A stretch of 64,000 nucleotides of DNA from an uncultured bacterium (GCA_965533275.1 CBESWG010000007.1:27440-91439), one strand, 5' to 3'; positions 44,701-53,475 are shown, numbered from the stretch's first letter. Notes: a model not told the origin generated them from the sequence alone. Numbers and translations are program-made.

Positions 44701-45002
44701 CGCTCGTCGGCAAACGCACCTGGGGCGGGCTGGTGGGGCATCATGGCGGATGCGACCTGATCGACAACGGGCGGATCACATCTCCCAACCTCGCATTCTA
44801 CGACATCGAGGGCAACTGGGACGTGGAGAACGTGGGCGTGGCTCCTGACATCGAAGTGGAACAGACACCGGCCCTGGTCATTCGGGGAGGAGATCCGCAG
44901 CTGGAGCGGGCAGTCGAGGAGGCTCTGAGGCTACTCAAGGCGAACCCCGTGAAACGCACGCCTCGCCCGAAGCCCATCGACCGCACGACAAAGAAAAAGT
45001 AA
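41730..45002 (+). CDS. tricorn protease homolog (S41B peptidase with beta-propellers and PDZ)
   Basis: 1090 aa. Signal peptide. N-terminal block LLRQPGVSANHIAFVYANDIWMVP...FSPDGKTIAFSGEYDGNTDVFVVPAEGGEPRRLTYHP is characteristic of tricorn homologs. C-terminal nucleophile block IINEWAGSGGD. Confidence 0.9.
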   Translation: MKKSALCIVLLLAVAWLAAPVSAEEARLLRQPGVSANHIAFVYANDIWMVPRSGGDARRITTHVGTEAGPMFSPDGKTIAFSGEYDGNTDVFVVPAEGGEPRRLTYHPGGDMVRGWTPDGKHVVFASSRVSVPVGYPRLWTVSLKGGMPEVLPMPMANKGVFSPDGKRMAYVPLVEAFAAWRHYRGGRTTEIWLLDMDDYDMEKVPRDNSNDTDPMWIGDTVYFLSDRNHTMNLFGFDTGSKEVKQLTFHDDYDIKSARAGDGSIIYEQAGYLHLFDPAAAKATQVNVEIRGDLPGRRVHMARVSNYIKSSSLSPTGKRAVIEARGELFTVPAEKGDARNLTQSSGVNDRYPTWSPDGASIAWFSDEGGEYGLMIGDQKGLESARRIELRNPSFYYSPVWSPDSSKVLFADNGLNLFYVDLKTEKVIKIDKDTYDHPMRSLDHVWGPDSLWIAYSKRLKNHMHVVFAYSLEEGKSYQLTDGLTDALSPAFDKSGKYLYFLASTNFALNTGWLDMTSYERPFTYGVYLMVLNAEDPSPLLPESDEEEVKKKEEGDAAKKSEAKDEDKKQDEAKDEGPKVKIDLKGLDQRILALDIPLRPYFQLQCAEANVFFYVETIPNQPGATLHRYDLKKKEGQPFMVGIFGYSLSADGKKLLYSGSGGAMGIVDSKGKPKMGDGRLGTNQLQARVDPIAEWKQIYREAWRINRDFLYDAEMHGADWDAMYKKYLPLLKHVAHRSDLSYVLMNLIGELTIGHSGAGGGAMASAPRVPGGLLGADYEVDSGYYRIKKIYIGENWNPGLRAPLTAPGLKVAEGDYILEVNGMPVKPPMNLYGAFEATANKQTVLRINIKPTLEGSRIETVVPVANEGGLRMREWLEGNRRKVDELSGGRLAYVYLPNTSGAGYTNFNRYYFSQQQKDGAIIDERFNGGGSAADYFVDLMARPLMNYWATRDGEEFTTPTAQIFGPKVMIINEWAGSGGDALPYYFRFREIGPLVGKRTWGGLVGHHGGCDLIDNGRITSPNLAFYDIEGNWDVENVGVAPDIEVEQTPALVIRGGDPQLERAVEEALRLLKANPVKRTPRPKPIDRTTKKK

Positions 45003-45006
45003 ACTG

Positions 45007-45050
45007 AAGGGGACAGGTGCATTTAAATTGATAAATGGACCTGTCCCCTT
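45007..45050. terminator. rho-independent-type terminator hairpin between convergent genes
   Basis: AAGGGGACAGGT (45007-45018) / ACCTGTCCCCTT (45039-45050), 12-bp perfect stem, 20-nt A/T-rich loop, followed by TGTTTGTGT. It starts 5 nt after the tricorn stop. Confidence 0.55.
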
Positions 45051-45089
45051 TGTTTGTGTCCCCCTTTATTAATTGGACCTGTCCCCTTT
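45036..45089. repeat. 16-nt direct repeat TGGACCTGTCCCCTTT (two copies)
   Basis: Exact copies at 45036-45051 and 45074-45089. The first copy is the 3' arm of the terminator hairpin. A related CCTGTCCCCTTTTTT occurs at 49102-49116. Confidence 0.8.
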
Positions 45090-45095
45090 AACTGT

Positions 45096-46505
45096 TTACT
45101 TGTAGAGCTTGCGGTCCTTCAGGACCTGGATGATTCCTTCCTGATGCATGAGGTTCTCGATGTCTGCCACGGTACGGGCGATCCCGGCTGTCAGGTTCTC
45201 GCATCCGTCTTCGGTGATGAGCACCGTATCCTCGACGCGGACACCCAGGTTTTCCTCCGCAAAAACCGCCAGGAGGTCGCAGGCAAAGACCATGCCGGGC
45301 TGCAGAGCGGGCATAGACCTCGGCCCGCCGCCCACATCGTGCACGGCCATGCCCACGTAATGGCTGCACCCACCCCCGCTTCCACGCGTCATGATCCGGA
45401 CGCTGTCCGTTCCAAAGTCGAATCCCCTCTTCCTCAAGATTTCCAGGGCCTCCTCGTGCACCTGGCTGCATGTGACGCCGGGCCGGTAGCGGGAGATACA
45501 GGCCTGTTCCATGGCCAGGCAGGCCTCGTAGATCTCTTTCTGGCGGGGTGTGAAGCGCCCGTTCGCGGGATAGGAGATCGAGATGTCCACATCGTAGTGG
45601 CCCACATCCGGGCCCGCATCCACGACCAGAAAATCTCCGTCCCCGAGCAGCCGGTTGTGCTTGTGGTAATGGAGATAGGGATGATTTTCCTCTGAGCTGA
45701 TGATGGGCATATAGGCCAGGTCGCGCACCCCCTCTTTCTTGCACATGTATTCATAGAGGGCAGCGATTTCGTACTCATAGACCCCGGCCCGAGTGGCCCG
45801 CACCATCTCGTTCAGAGCCCTGACCCCGATGCGCCCGGCGCGTCGGATCACAGCGATCTCGGCCGGGGATTTGATCACGCGAAGGCCCCAGATGTCCGGC
45901 GAACAGTCCCGGACCTCGACCTGGGGATACCGCTCCTTGAGCAGCTTGACGAACTGCAGCTCCCGCGTAAGCCGCCCGTCCCATTCGTTGAACACCTGAT
46001 TGGTTTTCAGCGTGTTGAACTTTTCGTTGGAACACTCCCGCATGAGCTCTTCGGGTTTGAATGGTGTGTAGATCACCTTCCTGCGCTCAGCCAAGCGGGA
46101 GAGCATGGAAGTAAATCTCTCGATAGGGTAGTGACTCTCCACTCCGGTGAATTCAGTAGGTTCCTCCACCAGCTCCACGCTGAGGTTCTCGGCCCGGGCC
46201 TGGCGTTCGGTCAGGGTGAGGAAGAGCAGGCTCTCCTCGGCCACGCCGTCGATGATCAATGCGGCTCCCGGGACATCGACGCCGCAGAAGTACATAAAAT
46301 CATTGCTCTGGAAGAACTCCCAGTACCCCGTGACCGCCTGTGCGCCCAGCAGCACCACGATGCCGTCGGGGGCCGCCTCCATGAGCTTCGCCCGTCGGGC
46401 CCCGTACTCGGCCTTTTTGAACAGGAGCCCGTCCCCCTTCAACACGAGCGGAACACTCAGGATAAGGAGCATACAAACCAGAATTCTATACCCATATTGC
46501 TTCAC
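45096..46505 (-). CDS. M24B Xaa-Pro aminopeptidase family protein with N-terminal signal anchor
   Basis: Start moved to GTG 46505, which sits 6 nt behind AAGAGGAGG. Leader KQYGYRILVCMLLILSVPLVL. M24 blocks: VVDAGPDVGHYDVDISISYP, HYVGMAVHDVGG, VRVEDTVLITEDG. Confidence 0.85.
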   Translation of the reverse strand: MKQYGYRILVCMLLILSVPLVLKGDGLLFKKAEYGARRAKLMEAAPDGIVVLLGAQAVTGYWEFFQSNDFMYFCGVDVPGAALIIDGVAEESLLFLTLTERQARAENLSVELVEEPTEFTGVESHYPIERFTSMLSRLAERRKVIYTPFKPEELMRECSNEKFNTLKTNQVFNEWDGRLTRELQFVKLLKERYPQVEVRDCSPDIWGLRVIKSPAEIAVIRRAGRIGVRALNEMVRATRAGVYEYEIAALYEYMCKKEGVRDLAYMPIISSEENHPYLHYHKHNRLLGDGDFLVVDAGPDVGHYDVDISISYPANGRFTPRQKEIYEACLAMEQACISRYRPGVTCSQVHEEALEILRKRGFDFGTDSVRIMTRGSGGGCSHYVGMAVHDVGGGPRSMPALQPGMVFACDLLAVFAEENLGVRVEDTVLITEDGCENLTAGIARTVADIENLMHQEGIIQVLKDRKLYK

Positions 46506-46714
46506 AGCAGTCCTCCTCTTAGAACGATCCAGCCCGGATCCCACGGCTGTCTCCTTACCATATACGTAATCCACGTGTGATTTCAATTAGGACCAGGCCA
46601 AAACACATGGAACTCTCGCCGGATCGATCTTTTGGGGAATATGCCATGCTCTCCCTTGTATACTTCATGACAAGGCCTTAAGATTGCCAGGAGAGAGCTA
46701 AACAGGAGAGACAT

Positions 46715-47770
46715 ATGACAGGGAAATCCACACTTCGATGTGTTGCACTCCTTCTCGCCGCCTCGCTCTCTTTATCTGCCGAACGGATCGGGATGCTGCA
46801 GGATATCCTGGAGCCTGACGGCTTCAAGGTTTCGGGCACCGAGGTTTTTGTCCTGGAAGGGGCTACAGTTTCCGTGTTCGACCTGAACTCCCTGAATCTG
46901 AAGAGGCGTTTCGGCCGGGAGGGGCAGGGGCCCGGGGAAGTGGAGATCACGCCCTGGCTGTCCAATACGCTTCGTATCACACAAGAGCATGCGGCCATCG
47001 ACAGCGTCAACAAGCTGGTCCTGTATGCCAGGAATGGAGATCTGATCCGGGAAAAGATCCGCCAGCCTCATTTCGCCCAGGTCGTGACTTGGGGCGAAGG
47101 CTATGCTGTTCGCATGCGTATCGGGGGCGATACGGGGGACACGGCGCAGTATTCCTCGATCCAGTTCCTGGATGGTGACACAGACGAGCTGCGCGAACTC
47201 TACCGTCAGCCGTTTGCAGGCCAGCGGGAGAAGCTGGACATGATCCCGGATTCCATACACTTTCAGGTCTATGAGGGTAACCTCTACATGGAAAAGAGCC
47301 CGGAGGGATTCGTGATCGATGTGTATGGTCCCGGCGGGAGCAAGATCCGGGAGATACGCCATCAATATACACCTAAGACCGTGACCCGCGCCGATCGCCA
47401 GTTCTATGAACAGCTCTTGAAAGAAGATCCCATGATGAACATCCAGGAGGAAAACTGGGAGCAGTTTAAGGCCCGAACCCGCCTGAGATATCCGGATTCA
47501 TTCCCGGCCATCCGGGATTTTGTGATCGCCGACGACAGGATCTATGTTCAGACCTTCGATGGCAAGGATGCCGGGGATGAGTTCCTGGTCCTGGATCTGG
47601 ACGGGGAACTGCTCACCAAAGCCTACCTGCCCGAGGTACGCGAGCCTGGTTTTACGGAGCAGATGATGGGGACCGGTGTGCGCCTGTTCTGTGTGGATGC
47701 GGGCCGGTATTTCTATCTGAAGGAGCTGGCCGAGGGGTGTGAGCTGCACGTTGTGATCATCTCTGAATGA
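46715..47770 (+). CDS. secreted 6-bladed beta-propeller (NHL/TolB-like) protein, paralog of 20489..21502
   Basis: AGGAGAG SD. Signal peptide MTGKSTLRCVALLLAASLSLSA. Colinear similarity to 20489..21502, for example the FYVIES/VFVLEG-type first strand and the C-terminal YFYLKELAEGCELH block. Confidence 0.6.
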   Translation: MTGKSTLRCVALLLAASLSLSAERIGMLQDILEPDGFKVSGTEVFVLEGATVSVFDLNSLNLKRRFGREGQGPGEVEITPWLSNTLRITQEHAAIDSVNKLVLYARNGDLIREKIRQPHFAQVVTWGEGYAVRMRIGGDTGDTAQYSSIQFLDGDTDELRELYRQPFAGQREKLDMIPDSIHFQVYEGNLYMEKSPEGFVIDVYGPGGSKIREIRHQYTPKTVTRADRQFYEQLLKEDPMMNIQEENWEQFKARTRLRYPDSFPAIRDFVIADDRIYVQTFDGKDAGDEFLVLDLDGELLTKAYLPEVREPGFTEQMMGTGVRLFCVDAGRYFYLKELAEGCELHVVIISE

Positions 47771-49058
47771 AGACGACGCACATCGATTCGAAGTTGATGG
47801 TCATGCTCTGAAACTGCCGGACCAGGTCCTGGCCCAAGTTCCCATAGAAGAAGCGGCTGTTTTCAGTCGTGTATTCGGTGAAGACCGGGATCCTGCGGAA
47901 TGCTACCTTACGGCCGGCGATCTGAAGCGCGAGATCTTTCAGGCTGTAGGCTTCGATCTCCCTCTGGCTGCCGGCTCCGCGAAACCGCTCGGTCCTGAGC
48001 TCACCCAGGCTGGTGATGTCGTCCTTGAATTCCATCAGAAAAGGGGGCCACAGATCGGAGCGGTTGGCCCCCGTGTCCAGGACAAACGTGAGCCGCTTCC
48101 CGGCATAGTACCCTTCGATGAGCGGCTTGAATCCATCCAGGGCTAGGTTCTGCTCGCCCCGCGTATGAGGTGATGACGGGATTTTGAGCTCTCCCTCCCT
48201 TGTGAACGTCACCTCCCGCATGGCCGCCAAAACGGGAAATCCCAGCACGCCCTGGAGCTGGCGCTTCATCTCGGGGATGTAGAAGTATTCGTCCTTCATC
48301 ACCAGGAACAGGGCATGGCGTACAGTCATGTTTCCGATCCTGAGCTCAGCTGCCACTCCTACGCGGGCGTCGATCTTTTCCCCAGTGATGGTCCCCACCT
48401 TGATCGGGACATCGATGACCTTTACGCCGAATCTGTCTGCCAGGGAGGCGATCAGGACGGAGAGATCTGCACCCGTATCATAGGTGAGGGCGATCTCGAA
48501 GCCATTGATCGTCAGGGGAACCTGAGATCCTCCCTTCATACCCACGGTCGTGTCCCCCTTGAAATCGGTAGCCTGGGGAGGGATGCCTTTCAGGGCACTC
48601 CAGAGCCTGAATTCGTTCTCGTGATCGGCCCGCTCCTTCTCGTCGAGTTCGTTCCGGAACAGGACCAGGATCTTCTCATTGATCTCTGCCGCACGCGCAT
48701 ACTGAAACGACTTGCGGTAGCTGTCGGCCAACAGGGCATAGCACTCCTTGATCCGGGCGGCCGGCTGGGAGCCTCCTGTTCTCTCAAGATAACTCAGGAG
48801 GTGGGTGATCGATGACGGCAGGCGGTTGAAGATGTTGCTGACCGCTCCCCGGAAAAACTCGAGCTCGGGGGATCGTACATCACCCATTTCTGCCAGGCGG
48901 TCCCTCAGTTCGAAGTACTGCTTGTTCTTGTAGAGCCGGTGGAGTTCAGCGTAGGATGCCTGGGCGCGGGCCTGTCCCTGCAAGAGGATGAATAAGGACA
49001 GAAAACAGAGGGCCGGGTAGACCGCCAACGGTCTTTTACAGGGAGCGGCAGATCTCAT
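47757..49058 (-). CDS. secreted single-chain double-domain retropepsin-like aspartic protease
   Basis: AAGGAGG SD upstream of ATG 49058. Signal peptide. Helical N-terminal region. Two D-T-G-A motifs in one chain: LTYDTGADLSVL and FVLDTGANRSDL. Confidence 0.8.
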   Translation of the reverse strand: MRSAAPCKRPLAVYPALCFLSLFILLQGQARAQASYAELHRLYKNKQYFELRDRLAEMGDVRSPELEFFRGAVSNIFNRLPSSITHLLSYLERTGGSQPAARIKECYALLADSYRKSFQYARAAEINEKILVLFRNELDEKERADHENEFRLWSALKGIPPQATDFKGDTTVGMKGGSQVPLTINGFEIALTYDTGADLSVLIASLADRFGVKVIDVPIKVGTITGEKIDARVGVAAELRIGNMTVRHALFLVMKDEYFYIPEMKRQLQGVLGFPVLAAMREVTFTREGELKIPSSPHTRGEQNLALDGFKPLIEGYYAGKRLTFVLDTGANRSDLWPPFLMEFKDDITSLGELRTERFRGAGSQREIEAYSLKDLALQIAGRKVAFRRIPVFTEYTTENSRFFYGNLGQDLVRQFQSMTINFESMCVVFIQR

Positions 49059-49094
49059 CCGGATCCTCCTTCTGTCGGCATGATATCTGAAATT

Positions 49095-49116
49095 GGGGAT
49101 GCCTGTCCCCTTTTTT
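49095..49116. terminator. short hairpin + T6 (terminator-like, oriented for the plus strand) between two minus-strand genes
   Basis: GGGGA (49095-49099) / TCCCC (49106-49110), 6-nt loop, then TTTTTT (49111-49116). It shares CCTGTCCCCTTT with the 45.0-kb terminator. Confidence 0.3.
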
Positions 49117-49127
49117 CCTCTCCTTTT

Positions 49128-51536
49128 TTATTCGTACTTGATTGCACGCACCGGATCGGAAAGGGCGGCCCGGATGGACTGATAGCTGACTGTGAGCAGG
49201 GCGATCGCCATGGCCGCCAATCCTGTCAGGATGAAGATCCAGGGCGCGATCCCTGCTCGGTAGGCGAAGTTCTGCATCCATCTGTTCATGACGAGATAGG
49301 CGATGGGCCAGGCCACCAAGTTCGCGATCAGGACCAGCTTGACGAAATCTCGGGCGAGCAAACCCACGACACCGGGAACGGAGGCCCCCAACACCTTACG
49401 GATCCCAATTTCTTTGGTGCGCTGCTCCGCCATATACGAGGCCATGCCGAAGAGTCCCAGGCAGGCGATGAGGATCGCAAACACTGTGAATGACGAAAAG
49501 ATCCCGCTCAGCCGTTCTTCAGCCTCGTACTGGGCGTCAAAGGAATCGTCCAGGAAAAAGTAATCCAGAGGGCGGCCCGGGTCGATGGTGCCCCACAGAT
49601 CCTTGAGCCGGCTCAGGGTGGCGGACGTGTTTTCAGGACTCAGCCTCAGTGACAGGCTCCCACCGGGGTTGTTGTAGACGATCTGAGGGGCGATCACCGT
49701 GTGGAGCGAGGCCAGGTGAAAATCCGCGATCACTCCAACCACCGTCCGTGGTATGAAGATCATCTCGTTCTCATCGTTTATATCATCGGGGATGCGGATG
49801 GTCTTGCCCACGGGATCCTCCCAGCCGAACCTCCGGGCCGCCGTCTCATTGATGAGGACCGACTGATCCGGATCTGTGGTGAATTCCTTGGAAAAATTCC
49901 GCCCTTTCACGATCTCGATCCCCAGGGCCGGGAAAAAGTCTTCGTCGACCCGAAACTGTTCCATGATCTGTGTCTCGTCATCGGCGAATCCCTCCGGCCG
50001 AAAGACGCTCACATTGGGCTGCGAGCCCGGGACGATGGAAGAGGAGGCCACGGCCAGGACGCCCGGGATCTGCTCGAGCTGGGCTTTGATGGAATCGAGG
50101 GCCTCGAGCATCTTCCTGCCCCGGACCTGGGTTACGAGGACATTGGACTTGTCGAATCCCAGGTCCTTTGTCTTCATGTAGCGGAGCTGGTTGAGGACGA
50201 GGGAGGTACCGATGATGAGCGCGATCGACACGATGAACTGCCCGACGACCAGGATCCCTCGGAAGCGCGATCCTGCTTTCCCAGCCTTGAAGGACCCCTT
50301 GAGCACGGTAGCCGGTTCGAAGGACGAAAGATACAGGGCCGGGTAGCTCCCCGCGACCAGCCCCACGAAGAGGATCAGTCCGAAAAAGGTGGGGATCAGC
50401 CAGGGGAGGAGCTCGGGCCGGATCTTCATCTCGATACCTGAGATGGCGCTGAAATAGGGGAGGGCCTGCCACACCAGGACCAGGGCGATCCCCAGGGAGA
50501 TCAGGCTGAAGAGCACCGTCTCTCCCAGGAACTGACCGATCAGTGCCCCCTTGTGTGCTCCCGCCACCTTGCGCATGCTGACCTCCCTTGCCCGGGTGGC
50601 CGAACGGGCCGTGGCCAGGTTCATGAAGTTGATGCAGGCGATGATCAGGATGAACAGAGCGATGGCTGCGAATATGTAGACATAGAGGATGTTCCCGTTC
50701 CCCTCGAGCTCGCCCTCCAGATGGGAATGGAGATGGATGTCCCTCAAGGGCTGGAGATAGAAGCCGATGGTCCCTCCCAGTGCTTTGAGGTCTTTGCCCA
50801 TGTACTGCTCCACAAGGGCCGGAAACTTGGCCTCCAGGGTGACCGGATCCGCTTCCTCCGTAAGCAGCAGATAGGTGTAGTTGTTGAAATTGAGCCAGAT
50901 GTCCGCCATCCGTGGATTCTGTGCCAGCAGTGTTTCGAAGGAGGCCAGCATGTCGAAGTGGAAGTGGGAGTTCTGGGGCGCATCCCGGCACACTCCGGTC
51001 ACGGTGTAGTCAGCCTGATTGTTGACCTTCAGCACCTTCCCCATGGGGTCTTCCGCTCCAAAATACTTCTCGGCCGTGCTTTCCGTGAGCACCATGGAGT
51101 TGGCGACCTGGAGTGCTGTCTCGGCATCGCCTCGGATCAGGGGAAAGCTGAACACGGAAAAGAAGGACTGGTCGGCCCAGAAGATGCCGTCCTCGTAGAA
51201 CTGGAGTCCCTGATACGTGAGGGAGGTCCGCGCCCGCCAGGAATTGAGTCGGACCGCGTTCTCAACCTCTGGGTAGTCCCTGACCAGGGTTGGACCCGAC
51301 GGATTGTTGCTCACCGGCATGTTGATGATCCGTTCCCCCAGGGTGGCGTCTATGGCCATACGGTAGATCCGGTCGGCCTTGGTGTGGAACTTGTCGTAGC
51401 CCATCTCGGTCATGATGAAGATGATGATCAGGATGCAGCAGGCCATGCCGATGGCCAGTCCGGCGATGTTGATGAAGGAATACCCCTTGTGTTTCAGGAT
51501 GTTCCGCAGAGCCGTCAGGAAGTAGTTTTTGAACAT
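49128..51536 (-). CDS. duplicated FtsX/MacB-type ABC transporter permease (orphan), paralog of 34391..36784
   Basis: Start moved to ATG 51536 (GGAG upstream). N-terminus MFKNYFLTALRNILKHKGYSFINIAGLAIGMACCILIIIFI. C-terminus ...IRAALSDPVRAIKYE parallels ...IRAALGDPADALRYE of the paralog. Confidence 0.85.
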   Translation of the reverse strand: MFKNYFLTALRNILKHKGYSFINIAGLAIGMACCILIIIFIMTEMGYDKFHTKADRIYRMAIDATLGERIINMPVSNNPSGPTLVRDYPEVENAVRLNSWRARTSLTYQGLQFYEDGIFWADQSFFSVFSFPLIRGDAETALQVANSMVLTESTAEKYFGAEDPMGKVLKVNNQADYTVTGVCRDAPQNSHFHFDMLASFETLLAQNPRMADIWLNFNNYTYLLLTEEADPVTLEAKFPALVEQYMGKDLKALGGTIGFYLQPLRDIHLHSHLEGELEGNGNILYVYIFAAIALFILIIACINFMNLATARSATRAREVSMRKVAGAHKGALIGQFLGETVLFSLISLGIALVLVWQALPYFSAISGIEMKIRPELLPWLIPTFFGLILFVGLVAGSYPALYLSSFEPATVLKGSFKAGKAGSRFRGILVVGQFIVSIALIIGTSLVLNQLRYMKTKDLGFDKSNVLVTQVRGRKMLEALDSIKAQLEQIPGVLAVASSSIVPGSQPNVSVFRPEGFADDETQIMEQFRVDEDFFPALGIEIVKGRNFSKEFTTDPDQSVLINETAARRFGWEDPVGKTIRIPDDINDENEMIFIPRTVVGVIADFHLASLHTVIAPQIVYNNPGGSLSLRLSPENTSATLSRLKDLWGTIDPGRPLDYFFLDDSFDAQYEAEERLSGIFSSFTVFAILIACLGLFGMASYMAEQRTKEIGIRKVLGASVPGVVGLLARDFVKLVLIANLVAWPIAYLVMNRWMQNFAYRAGIAPWIFILTGLAAMAIALLTVSYQSIRAALSDPVRAIKYE

Positions 51537-51699
51537 ACTTTTCTCCTCTCTCAGGGCTTCATCGAGATAAACGAGACTTCTGATAAAAAAGTTCATGGGA
51601 CTTGATCTACCCCTGTCCAGATTGCCTAAGTTCCGGCTATCTGCTATTGTTATTTGGTTATAACGAAAACCGTTCCTCGTACGTATACATAGGAGAAAC

Positions 51700-53475
51700 A
51701 TGAAGATCAAACCCCAGACCATCGTGTGTTTCCTTGCATTTCTGTTCCTCGTCTCCTCCCTGACCTCTCCCCAGACCGAAGACAAGCTGACTACACGCCT
51801 GCAGGCCCGGCTCCAGGTTCAAGGAGAGGAGAGCGTTCAGAGCGCCTGGATCTTCCTGACGGACAAGGGGCCCAATGAATCTCTGAGGTTGGCCGAGGTC
51901 GAGGCCACCCTCAGGCCGAAGGCCCGGACGCGGAGGCTGCGCCACCGCGGCGAGGACAACCTGGTAGACACCTACGACATCCCGGTCTATGAACGCTACG
52001 TCGAGGTCCTGAGACAGTATGTCCGCCGAATACGGCACCGCTCCCGCTGGCTGAACGCCGTCTCAGTGGAGGCCCGCGGCACCCTCTTGACCGATTTGTC
52101 CGAACTGACATTCGTCCGCCGCATCGACGTTGTCGGCTCCAGCATCTTCCGCGAGCCCGCACCTGTCCCGATCGATAGGGAGACTCTTCCCCTCGGAACC
52201 CAGGCTGCCCATGCTCTCGATTACGGAGACTCGATCTGGCAGGTGGAGCTCATCAACGTTCCTGCCATGCACGATCTGGGATACAGCGGCCAGGGGGTGT
52301 TGATCTGTATGCTGGACAATGGATTCAACACGCTCGATCATGAGGCGCTCGACCACCTGGACATCGTGGCCACCTGGGATTTTGTCAACAATGATCCTGT
52401 GGTATCGGATCAGGAAGGACAGATGGGGATCGGTGACCACGGAACCGCCACCCTCAGCTGCATCGGAAGTTTTCAGCCCGGAACGTTGATCGGGACGGCC
52501 TACAGTGCCAGCTTCATGTTGGGGAAGACGGAGAATACCGAGTGGGAGCGCCATGTCGAGGAAGACCACTGGGTGGCCGGGGCCGAGTGGGCGGATGAGT
52601 GGGGTGCTGATATCATCAGCAGCTCCGTGGGCTACTTCTACACGTTCTCGCATGATGAAGAGGGCTATACCTGGGAAGACATGGACGGAGAGACGACCAT
52701 CGTGGCCCAGGGCGCCAACATCGCGGGCGCGCGTGGGATCCTGATCCTGAATTCCGCCGGCAACGAAGGGGACAGGCCCTTCCCGGGGAACTCCCTGGTT
52801 TCGCCCTCCGACAGCCCCCTGGTCCTGGCAGTGGGGGCGACCACATACTCAGGGACGCGCGTGGATTTCAGCTCGGTGGGGCCCTCCTATGACGGGCGCA
52901 TCAAGCCGGACGTGATGGCCATGGGCGCGGCGGTACTCATCGCCGATCCCATCGGCGTGGATGCGTACGCCCTGAGCCAGGGGACGTCCTTCTCCTGCCC
53001 TTTAGCAGCGGGTGCCGCGGCCCTGGTCCTTGAGGCCAAGCCCGATTGGACCAACCTGGAGATCATGGACGCCCTGCGCCGGACGGCCAGCCGCGCAAAC
53101 AATCCCGACAACAAGAACGGGTACGGCTTGGTCAATGCGCTGAATGCCTTGGATTTCGTGCCTAGGGCCTTCTATCCGCCGGAGAACTTCAGCCTGAGAC
53201 GCCTGGCAAACGATTACATCTTTTTTTATCAGTTCGTAGACCGGCTGGAGTGGGACGCGAATCCGCAGAATGAGATCCCGGTCAAGGGATACCGAATCTA
53301 TGCCCGCAGGACCAGCGGCCGGAACCTGGCCTATGAACTGCTTGGCGAGGTGGATGAAAACACATTCGTGCTGGAACATCGGGGCCTCGATTCCAATGAG
53401 TTATTCACCTACAAGATCACTTCGGTCGACGAAGAAGGCAATGAGAGTGTGCCTTCCTTTACTGGAAGCAAATGA
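51700..53475 (+). CDS. secreted S8 subtilisin-family serine protease with propeptide and C-terminal Fn3-like domain
   Basis: AGGAGA SD. Signal peptide. Catalytic blocks: CMLDNGF (Asp), GDHGTATLS (His), QGTSFSCPLAAG (Ser). Confidence 0.9.
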   Translation: MKIKPQTIVCFLAFLFLVSSLTSPQTEDKLTTRLQARLQVQGEESVQSAWIFLTDKGPNESLRLAEVEATLRPKARTRRLRHRGEDNLVDTYDIPVYERYVEVLRQYVRRIRHRSRWLNAVSVEARGTLLTDLSELTFVRRIDVVGSSIFREPAPVPIDRETLPLGTQAAHALDYGDSIWQVELINVPAMHDLGYSGQGVLICMLDNGFNTLDHEALDHLDIVATWDFVNNDPVVSDQEGQMGIGDHGTATLSCIGSFQPGTLIGTAYSASFMLGKTENTEWERHVEEDHWVAGAEWADEWGADIISSSVGYFYTFSHDEEGYTWEDMDGETTIVAQGANIAGARGILILNSAGNEGDRPFPGNSLVSPSDSPLVLAVGATTYSGTRVDFSSVGPSYDGRIKPDVMAMGAAVLIADPIGVDAYALSQGTSFSCPLAAGAAALVLEAKPDWTNLEIMDALRRTASRANNPDNKNGYGLVNALNALDFVPRAFYPPENFSLRRLANDYIFFYQFVDRLEWDANPQNEIPVKGYRIYARRTSGRNLAYELLGEVDENTFVLEHRGLDSNELFTYKITSVDEEGNESVPSFTGSK

